A stretch of 64,000 bases of DNA, from the IMG/VR virus record IMGVR_UViG_3300021168_000019, positions 26,672 to 90,671 of that record. One strand, given 5' to 3'. This DNA comes from a virus. Lineage: Duplodnaviria; Heunggongvirae; Uroviricota; Caudoviricetes. A program made the translations under genes and the position numbers. The notes under the pieces are model-generated. The model had not been told where the DNA came from and did no database searches. It saw only the letters and a program-made list of their open reading frames with translations. Shown here piece after piece: positions 56,791 through 64,000 of the stretch; position 1 is the stretch's first letter, and each line of letters begins with the position of its first letter.

Positions 56791-57233
56791 CACCGGAAGA
56801 GAAGGAAAAGCGGAAGGCTGACAGGTTAGGGAAGGATTACATCTATCCGTGGATAGGATTCGACCTTGACAAAACCTTGGCAGTCTATGACGAATTCAAA
56901 GGTGAGGACCATATCGGCGCACCTATTCCCAAGACGGTCGAACTTGTTAAACAGTATCTTGCACAAGGAACTATTGTAAAGATATTTACGGCACGGGCGT
57001 CTGAGCCTAATCCGACTAAACTGGTACGAGCGCTGGCGGCTATCGCCAAATGGAGCCAAGAAGTATTTGGTACTTCACTTCCTGTCACTTGCATAAAGGA
57101 CTACGGTTGTGTTAGAATATACGACGACAGGGCTGTACAGATTCAGGAGAACACCGGGGAATTGATGACCGATGTAACTTACATACAGGGATTCCAACAC
57201 GGTCAACTTCACAAGCACATTGAGGAGGTTTAA
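56784..57233 (+). CDS. HAD-superfamily phosphatase (polynucleotide 3'-phosphatase-like)
   Basis: DxDxT motif IGFDLDKTLAV; KIFTARA; 149 aa. Confidence 0.5.
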   Translation: MLTPEEKEKRKADRLGKDYIYPWIGFDLDKTLAVYDEFKGEDHIGAPIPKTVELVKQYLAQGTIVKIFTARASEPNPTKLVRALAAIAKWSQEVFGTSLPVTCIKDYGCVRIYDDRAVQIQENTGELMTDVTYIQGFQHGQLHKHIEEV

Positions 57234-57638
57234 TTGAAGGCATATCTAGCAGCACAGTATGCTCGTAGGGACGAGCTAAGAGAACACAAGGCGGTCCTTG
57301 AACCGCTAGGGATCGAGGTTACTTCGCGCTGGCTTGACGAGCAAGAGCCTCTTAACAGTCAAATGGGAGAGAAGACGGACGATTGGTACGTTGAAACTGC
57401 CACCATCGATCTAGAAGATGTGGACAGGGCCGAGGCGGTAATCTTCTTCAGTGAGAATCCCCGCGTAGGCATTCCGAGGGGCGGCAGGCACGTAGAGTTT
57501 GGCTACGCACTTGGTACTAGTAAACCTATTTATGTAATTGGGCCAAAGGAAAATGTGTTCCATTACATTGACAGAGTGTATCACTTTGAGACGTTGGAAC
57601 AGTTTATTGAATCATATAAGAAGTATTCAGGAGACTAA
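57234..57638 (+). CDS. nucleoside 2-deoxyribosyltransferase-like protein
   Basis: TTG start after GAGGAGG; GRHVEFGYALG; weak call. Confidence 0.3.
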   Translation: MKAYLAAQYARRDELREHKAVLEPLGIEVTSRWLDEQEPLNSQMGEKTDDWYVETATIDLEDVDRAEAVIFFSENPRVGIPRGGRHVEFGYALGTSKPIYVIGPKENVFHYIDRVYHFETLEQFIESYKKYSGD

Positions 57639-58315
57639 TGGAAGTATTTGAGAATGTCCCGGCTATCATCGGACAACAGGTAGCCGGGGAAGCTGCTAAG
57701 GTTAGAAAGGAACTAGAGCAGTTAATTAGTAAAGTAAACACATCGGCTTACGACATCGGAGAACTACTTCATAAGATCAAGAAGAACGGGTACTATGATG
57801 GGTTCGTAACTTTCCAAGAATATGTAAAGACACTTCAGATCAAGCCGAGAAAGGCGCAGTATCTAAGACGGATCGCAGAGGTAATGGACATCATGGAAGT
57901 TCCCCGCGAGAAGTATGAACCGCTAGGGATCGCAAAGCTTAGGGAGATTACCAGTCTAGACGTAAATGGTACTTGGACGAACCCGGACACGCAAGTAGAA
58001 ATCTCACTGAAGACTTTCATTACAGCCTTTATTGAGAAGGGTGAAGAGATGAACCTAGAGGATATCAAGCTTCATGTTCAGACTCTTAAAGGTTTGGCCG
58101 ATGAAGATGCTATGGGATGGGTCAATCTGTACATGAAGAAGATGGCAATCGAACAGGTAGTCCGTCCAGCATTGGACATGGCAAAGATGATGATCGGTTC
58201 AGTAGGCAAGGACGATGAGGGCGTTTCAAAGGATGCATCTGACGGAGCGGCTGCTGAAGTTGTATTCGTTTCGTTCCTTAATGACCCGGCGAACACGGTA
58301 TTAGCAGGAGGATAA
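57638..58315 (+). CDS. hypothetical protein
   Basis: 225 aa. Confidence 0.4.
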   Translation: MEVFENVPAIIGQQVAGEAAKVRKELEQLISKVNTSAYDIGELLHKIKKNGYYDGFVTFQEYVKTLQIKPRKAQYLRRIAEVMDIMEVPREKYEPLGIAKLREITSLDVNGTWTNPDTQVEISLKTFITAFIEKGEEMNLEDIKLHVQTLKGLADEDAMGWVNLYMKKMAIEQVVRPALDMAKMMIGSVGKDDEGVSKDASDGAAAEVVFVSFLNDPANTVLAGG

Positions 58316-58606
58316 ATGGCTCAGGAATTGATTGCAGCGTCTATTGATTATATTGACCCGGCTGATTGTGGCTCGACAGTAGGCTACAAACTGCTTACTA
58401 GTACTACGTACTCGTCTGGGAAGAGTTTACCAAGCTTTTACGGCGAAATTGACCTTACAGATTGTAGTAGAAAGATTTGCTGGCAATTCAATAACAATGA
58501 GCACGCTCTTGAGAAAATCAACCATGCAATCACTATGCTGACAAACTTCAAGAAGGAGTTTGTAAAAGCACAGAAGAAGTATCCTAATAAGGAGAAAGAT
58601 GAATAA
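58316..58606 (+). CDS. hypothetical protein
   Basis: 96 aa. Confidence 0.35.
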   Translation: MAQELIAASIDYIDPADCGSTVGYKLLTSTTYSSGKSLPSFYGEIDLTDCSRKICWQFNNNEHALEKINHAITMLTNFKKEFVKAQKKYPNKEKDE

Positions 58607-58641
58607 GATTATCCTCAATATCCAGTGGTTTTTGGTAAACT

Positions 58642-58902
58642 ATGCTAGCTATCTACCAGCGTTGTTTTACTAGGGATGGGTGGAAGTGCCGCCATTGTAA
58701 TAACCGGAACGGACTTCACCCCCACCACATCGTATATCGTTCGCACCAAGGGGAGGATGCTCTCAACAACCTGATAACTCTCTGTAACTGCTGCCACATT
58801 GAGGGTATTCATGGGGGCCGGTTACTTATGACTGTCCTTGACAAGACCACGGATGACGTGGTAGTATCATTTCAGAGGTTAAAAGGATGGAAACCTTCCT
58901 AA
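58642..58902 (+). CDS. HNH endonuclease (small)
   Basis: CRHCNNRNGLHPHHIVYRSHQGEDALNNLITLCNCCH. Confidence 0.65.
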   Translation: MLAIYQRCFTRDGWKCRHCNNRNGLHPHHIVYRSHQGEDALNNLITLCNCCHIEGIHGGRLLMTVLDKTTDDVVVSFQRLKGWKPS

Positions 58903-58905
58903 CGT

Positions 58906-59448
58906 TTGTATTGGTACTTGGAGCGGTTGGCTATGGATGCACCTACTTGGGCAGAATTCTTGAAATGGCCAGACGCGCCCCGAGTCGTAAATCCAGACCC
59001 GAAGCCATTGACTTTGATTGCCCATCCACAACAGGCAGAAAGTTTAAGCCAAGAATTTAATAAGTTGGGACTTATGACGTGCAACCACTGCCAAGATACG
59101 GGACTAGTTCATGACTCTTATTTTGGCATTACTAGTATGCCGTGCACTTATTGCAATGTATCTAATATCAAATCAAAACCTGTGATGATAAAGAAGGATA
59201 AATGCCAGCACAATGATTGGCGGTCTTTTATAATTGACGGTAATTACAAGATTGAATGCGATAGTTGTGACTATTGGTGGGTAGGAGACGACTGGGATGA
59301 AGTATGGGAATCGTTCAACTCTGGGGAACCCTGTGAGCACATGGAAGATGTGACGCCTACACCGAGCCTGAAGCTTACACAATACATTGGACGTGGAATT
59401 AGAGTCATAGAAGAGCCTAGTGGTCGGAAGTTTAAGGAAGCACTATAA
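58906..59448 (+). CDS. Cys-rich protein with C-terminal SGRKFKEAL tail
   Basis: 180 aa; CNHCQD...CTYCN...CDSCDYWW; ends EEPSGRKFKEAL. Confidence 0.45.
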   Translation: MYWYLERLAMDAPTWAEFLKWPDAPRVVNPDPKPLTLIAHPQQAESLSQEFNKLGLMTCNHCQDTGLVHDSYFGITSMPCTYCNVSNIKSKPVMIKKDKCQHNDWRSFIIDGNYKIECDSCDYWWVGDDWDEVWESFNSGEPCEHMEDVTPTPSLKLTQYIGRGIRVIEEPSGRKFKEAL

Positions 59449-59457
59449 AAGGAAGGA

Positions 59458-61101
59458 ATGCTAAGACCATACCAAACAAAAGCCACTAACAATATCGACG
59501 TAGGACTAGCTGCCGGGATCAATCGGCAGCTTTTAGTTATGGCTACAGGAACAGGAAAGACTGAAGTCTTCGCCCATCTTCCTGAAACATTGAAGCGTAG
59601 ACTACCGGGGCAGATGATGGTACTCTTGCACCGTGACGAGCTAGCTCAACAGGCTCTTAATAAACTGCGTCTACGCAATCCTAGTCTAAACATTCAACAA
59701 GAAGCCGGAAAGATTACCTGTGATCCTACGCTGTCCGATGTGATCGTAACGAGCGTGCAAACCCTTGGCCGGAAGAATACCGAGCGTGTGAAGAAGTTCA
59801 ACTGGGGCCGAATTGACAAGCATGTGACAGATGAAGCCCACCGTAGTATAGCAGAAAGTTACATGAATGTCTACAACGCTGGCGGGTATCTGCATCCCGA
59901 CAGCAAGCGGCTATTACTTGGAGTAACCGCTACACCCCAACGCGGGGACGGACAAGGACTAGGATCATTATACCAGAAGATTGTATTTACGTATACGTTA
60001 CGAGAAGCTATCGAGGATGGTTACCTTGTAGACGTGCGCGGAATCAGAGTAAACACGGAGGTTTCACTTGACAAAATTAAAACAACTAATGGTGATTTTA
60101 ACGAAAATGATCTGGCTAAAGAGGTTGACAATCATCTTCGTAATAATCTTGTTGCATCTGCTTATATACAAAATTGTAAGGGACGCCAAGCCATCGGATT
60201 TGGAGTCAACATCGCACATTCGCGTAACCTTGCAGATACATTTAAGGCTAGGGGAATCAACGCCGAAGCCGTCTGGGGAGACGACAAAGACAGAGCCGAT
60301 AAAATCAACCGATTCAGAGACGGTAAAATAGATGTACTCTTTAATGCACAGCTTCTAACAGAAGGATTCGATCTAGCAACTATTGAATGTGTAATTCTAG
60401 CAGCACCTACTAAGAGTGGAGTAGTATTCTCTCAGAGAGTTGGGCGCGGTACCAGACTCAATCCGCCGCTAAAGAAAGACTGCATTGTACTTGATGTTGT
60501 GGACAGCACAACCCGCCACAACCTTATTACACTGCCGACACTACTTGGACTACCCAAGGGCCTAGATATGAGGGGCCGGAGCCTGCTAGGGACCGCCAAG
60601 GCGATTGAGGACATCCTAGAGAAGTACCCGCATCTGGACTTTACAACGCTTGAGTATGCTGATAAGATTGAAGCATTCGTACAAGATGTAAACCTTTTTG
60701 AAGTAAAGTATCCGAAGGAAGTAGAGGCGAACAGTCAGTTGACGTGGCACCCGTCTTACGAGGGCGGTTACGTTCTACTCTTGCCGGAGAAAGATGAGAT
60801 TCGGATTGAGCAGGACCTTCTTGACAAGTGGCAAATTCGTGGTAAGATAAAAGGAAAGACGTATAAGGGAGAACGCGATTCAATGAGTGACGCCTTCTCT
60901 GCCGCCGACGATCTTGTTAGAAAGACTTCACCAGAAGTACTGAAGCTAGTGAATAGAGAAGCACACTGGCATAGGGACCCACCAACCGAAGGGCAGTTAA
61001 AGGCATTACGATACTACTACAAGGGAAAACAAATCCCGGACAACCTGACTAAAGGTGAAGCTAGTAGTCTAATAGGAGCGGCCAAGGCCGGAAGGAGCTA
61101 A
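59458..61101 (+). CDS. SF2 DEAH-box DNA helicase
   Basis: motif I MATGTGKTEV, II TDEAHRS, VI QRVGRGTR. Confidence 0.8.
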   Translation: MLRPYQTKATNNIDVGLAAGINRQLLVMATGTGKTEVFAHLPETLKRRLPGQMMVLLHRDELAQQALNKLRLRNPSLNIQQEAGKITCDPTLSDVIVTSVQTLGRKNTERVKKFNWGRIDKHVTDEAHRSIAESYMNVYNAGGYLHPDSKRLLLGVTATPQRGDGQGLGSLYQKIVFTYTLREAIEDGYLVDVRGIRVNTEVSLDKIKTTNGDFNENDLAKEVDNHLRNNLVASAYIQNCKGRQAIGFGVNIAHSRNLADTFKARGINAEAVWGDDKDRADKINRFRDGKIDVLFNAQLLTEGFDLATIECVILAAPTKSGVVFSQRVGRGTRLNPPLKKDCIVLDVVDSTTRHNLITLPTLLGLPKGLDMRGRSLLGTAKAIEDILEKYPHLDFTTLEYADKIEAFVQDVNLFEVKYPKEVEANSQLTWHPSYEGGYVLLLPEKDEIRIEQDLLDKWQIRGKIKGKTYKGERDSMSDAFSAADDLVRKTSPEVLKLVNREAHWHRDPPTEGQLKALRYYYKGKQIPDNLTKGEASSLIGAAKAGRS

Positions 61102-61437
61102 ATGGAGTTGACTGAAGAGCAGTTTCAAATACTTAAAGCGATGTGTGCCTCTAACGTTTATTTTATCGTTGTTCCTGATATCTTGGAAACCGATACAGAC
61201 CAGATAAAAGTCAACCATGCGGCCCATGTAAAGATGCTTTCTACATTTGTAACTCTTGGGTTTGCAGAAAACATCACGGACAAATTCCTTGATACCATTA
61301 AGGAAGTTCAAGAGGAGCAGCGAAAGGCTATTGAAGCTGGCGAGGCAGATGCTACTATGATGCGCGGATTCTCTGCTTACTGCCTAACCGAAGCTGCTAT
61401 TAGTATGTTCTCCGCGCCGGAAGGAATGATAAATTAA
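61102..61437 (+). CDS. hypothetical protein
   Basis: 111 aa. Confidence 0.35.
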   Translation: MELTEEQFQILKAMCASNVYFIVVPDILETDTDQIKVNHAAHVKMLSTFVTLGFAENITDKFLDTIKEVQEEQRKAIEAGEADATMMRGFSAYCLTEAAISMFSAPEGMIN

Positions 61438-61691
61438 TGAGCCTATTTGATAAACCACAATCGCTACCTCAGTTTATGGACCCAAAGAATAGCCGTAGCT
61501 ATGAGACTTTGCTCAGTTTTGTTACCTATTGTGAGCAGAATCCCGAGCAAAGGTTCTGGCAGGCATTGCGGAACTGGAGTGGATATCACTACATTCTTAC
61601 CAGTGATGTTCCATTGTACAAAGTCAACAATGAGACTCCACTACGAGATACATTTTATTTGGAAGGAAAAAGGCATGACGAAGAAAGCTAA
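61437..61691 (+). CDS. hypothetical small protein
   Basis: 84 aa. Confidence 0.3.
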   Translation: MSLFDKPQSLPQFMDPKNSRSYETLLSFVTYCEQNPEQRFWQALRNWSGYHYILTSDVPLYKVNNETPLRDTFYLEGKRHDEES

Positions 61692-62886
61692 CCATCAAGT
61701 GAATATAGTTCGTATCACCGAGATTAAGGAACATACTAACGCTGATACGTTGGTTATTATTCCTATCGGCGGCTATCAGGTTGTGTCCAAGAAAGGCCAA
61801 TTCAACATCGGTGACCTTGGCGTTTACCTTCAGCCTGACAGTGTTGTTCCTCAGACGGAGCCTTTCAAGTTCATTTGGGGTCCGTACTATGAAAGCTTGC
61901 TAGCCAATCCAGATTACGAGCAATTCAACAGTCCAGTAATTGTACCAGAGAAAAGACGTAGAATTACTGTCCGTAAGTTTCGTAAGGAATGGTCAGAGGG
62001 CTTGTTATTACCTATTAGTGACTTTACATTGAATGAACTTATCATTGACCCTCATGGAAAGTGTGCACCGTTCCTGCCCAAAGAAGGTGATGATGTATCG
62101 GACATTCTTGGTATTACCCATTATGACCCGGATACGGAGAGCACGAGGGGTGAGAACTCTGCGGCTCCTCGTAAGGCAAAACGCTATCCCCGTTCGTTCC
62201 ACGGATGGGTCAAGTTTATTTGGCGCAGAGTCAAGCAAGTATTCGGTCTGGGAGCAGTCACGGACGGCGTAGCTGACAACGTAGGGCTAGGAATTCCTAC
62301 CTACGATGTGGACGCACTGAAGAACTATCCCGACACGTTTGAAGAGGGTGAGCAGGTAATTGTCACTGAGAAGATTCACGGCAGTAACGCCCGGTTTATT
62401 TTCCTTGACGGCGTGATGTATGCGGGCTCACGTAACCTCTGGAAAGCACCCGGTTCGACTTGCATTTTCCGCCGTGCTGTGAGAGAATTGCCTTGGATTG
62501 AAGAATGGTGCAGAGCGCATGAGGGTCACGTTCTCTGGGGCGAGGTAACTCCCACCCAAGGCGGATTCGAATACGGTAGCAAGAACGTACAGTTCTTTGT
62601 ATTCGATGTTCGTGACCCTAACGGGAATTGGCTAGACGAGTCTACGCCCGAGGGTTTGGAGATTCTGACCCATCTTCAGGATAGGACTGTTCCCGTGTTG
62701 TATAAGGGACCTTTCAACCTACAAGTTATTAAGCAGTTGTTAGTTGACGGACCCTCTACTATTAAAAATGCTAAGAACATTCGTGAAGGTGTGGTTGTCA
62801 AAACTGCAACAGAGCGCGGTAGAAATAGCAGACGCGCACAGATGAAAATCGTATCGAATGCGTATTTGGAGAAGGAGACGAAGTGA
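61676..62886 (+). CDS. Rnl2-like RNA ligase fused to N-terminal tRNA-binding OB-fold domain
   Basis: start MTKKANHQ after AAGGAAAAAGG; N-terminus VNIVRITEIKEHTNADTLVII..GGYQVVSKKGQFNIGDLGVYLQPDSVVP resembles Myf/EMAP-type tRNA-binding domains; motif I VTEKIHGSN matches Rnl2 KIHG. Confidence 0.5.
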
Positions 62887-63221
62887 GCGTATACATTGAG
62901 AACTTTGGAGATAACGCGGACATCATCCGGGAGTATACGGCACCCGCTGATGCCCTTGACGGAGCTACCGTGCACCTTGCATGGTATGGATACGGAAGTT
63001 ATTGCGGTTCGTCCTTGGTCGTGTTTGAGAAGGACGGGCAGCTTTATGAAGTCAACGGGAGCCATTGTTCCTGCTACGGACTAGAGGGCCAATGGGACGT
63101 TGAGGAGACTTCGTGGGAAGCACTTTCTGCGCGTAGGTATTGGAGCGATGAGTGTGACGGTAGTCAAGCGGCCCATGAAGCGCTTACGCAACTTGTGGCG
63201 GAACATGTCACTTCACATTAG
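62883..63221 (+). CDS. hypothetical protein
   Basis: 112 aa. Confidence 0.35.
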   Translation: MSVYIENFGDNADIIREYTAPADALDGATVHLAWYGYGSYCGSSLVVFEKDGQLYEVNGSHCSCYGLEGQWDVEETSWEALSARRYWSDECDGSQAAHEALTQLVAEHVTSH

Positions 63222-63305
63222 TACCTTACAAGGTGATTATGATGTGCTGGACGGCAACAAATGGCTGACTGGGTTTAACCGATTGTGGAAAGCGAGGTTA
63301 TACGT

Positions 63306-63854
63306 ATGGATGTTGAAAATATGCCACAAACGGTACCGATGAGCGAACGGGAGTGGTTTGTCCTGTTCGCCATCTGTGTTGCCGGGAAAAGTGCCAAGCA
63401 GACGCAGGCGAAGCTTAACGAATACTTGAATTTCGGATTTAGTTCACCTTTTGACACTGTTAGACTTGACATTGCCAACAATTCATTGCTACCTTATTTG
63501 AAAGCTGTCAAGATGGGACAGTACAAACGTATCGAGAAAGCTTTCAGGGAAGTTGTCAAGCTTGATGTCACTAAAGACTTGACAGTTGAAAAGCTTGAAG
63601 CTATCCCCGGTATCGGTCCTAAGACTGCCCGGTTCATTGTCCTATATACTGACCCGGATTCTCAATGTGTTCCCTTAGATACCCACATTCTAAAGTATCT
63701 AAGATCAAAGGGATTCGATGCACATAAGAGCACACCGCCAGCCGGGAAGAAATACAGATGGTTTGAGGAACAATTCAAAGCTTGTGCGATAGCGGCGGGT
63801 AAGACAGTTCGTGAATTAGACACGGAGGTATGGCAACGTTATGCGAAGCGTTGA
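63306..63854 (+). CDS. HhH-GPD superfamily (endonuclease III-like) protein
   Basis: helix-hairpin-helix LEAIPGIGPKTARFIV followed by PLDTHILKYL. Confidence 0.45.
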   Translation: MDVENMPQTVPMSEREWFVLFAICVAGKSAKQTQAKLNEYLNFGFSSPFDTVRLDIANNSLLPYLKAVKMGQYKRIEKAFREVVKLDVTKDLTVEKLEAIPGIGPKTARFIVLYTDPDSQCVPLDTHILKYLRSKGFDAHKSTPPAGKKYRWFEEQFKACAIAAGKTVRELDTEVWQRYAKR

Positions 63855-64000
63855 GCACCGGGCCGTATTAGGCCGATTGTATACCGGGTGGGGAGTAGTA
63901 GCAAACGGTAAGTTTTACCCGTTTCATAAAGAATTAGCTGAAGAAGTTGCACAAGAATTATTTCTCTTAAATGAATTCATCTATTATCCACTATCCGAAA
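63841..64000 (+). CDS. hypothetical protein, 5' partial (continues beyond window)
   Basis: ATG 63841 overlapping upstream stop; open to window end. Confidence 0.3.
   Translation, partial: MRSVEHRAVLGRLYTGWGVVANGKFYPFHKELAEEVAQELFLLNEFIYYPLSE

Noticed and set aside
1-64000. Possibility that part of the window is host chromosome (prophage boundary)
   Set aside because: Gene density, overlapping ATGA/TAATG junctions, HNH and tRNA content, and phage functions continue to both window edges. No housekeeping bacterial genes were recognised.

Overview
The whole 64-kb window reads as a compact, gene-dense dsDNA bacteriophage (or prophage) segment. Intergenic gaps are short and neighbouring genes often overlap with ATGA/TAATG junctions. 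Coordinates 1-24850 carry a minus-strand virion and packaging module. It contains a terminase large subunit candidate, a portal candidate, a scaffold-like PV-repeat protein, a major-capsid candidate, a 3x-repeat structural protein and a series of Thr/Ser/Gly-rich tail-fibre-like proteins. Two of those fibre-like proteins have Sec-type signal peptides, and four HNH endonuclease genes interrupt the module. A divergent promoter pair at 24877-24968 separates this from a plus-strand replication and accessory module that runs to the window end. That module holds another HNH, a family-A DNA polymerase with 3'-5' exonuclease, an SF2 DEAH helicase, a PD-(D/E)XK exonuclease, two calcineurin-like phosphoesterases, an Rnl1-like RNA ligase, a HAD phosphatase, an Rnl2-like RNA ligase fused to a tRNA-binding OB domain, an HhH-GPD protein, a minimal tyrosine recombinase next to tRNA genes, and an RNase H on the minus side at 24428-24850. 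The standout RNA feature is a circularly permuted two-piece tmRNA gene (acceptor piece ~29341-29406, coding piece from 29498). I call 13 tRNA or tRNA-like genes, several of them structurally atypical. There are at least 8 HNH endonuclease genes. Promoters are sigma70-like with a recurrent extended -10 (TGGTACTAT), and a conserved 21-nt element sits upstream of two genes. A GC-richer island at ~38.5-46.6 kb contains long non-coding stretches, direct repeats and a 21-bp perfect inverted repeat. Six otherwise unrelated proteins end in the same C-terminal peptide ...EExTGRKFKExL; this looks like a new docking or targeting tag. All calls come from reading the sequence and motif memory only, with no database searches.
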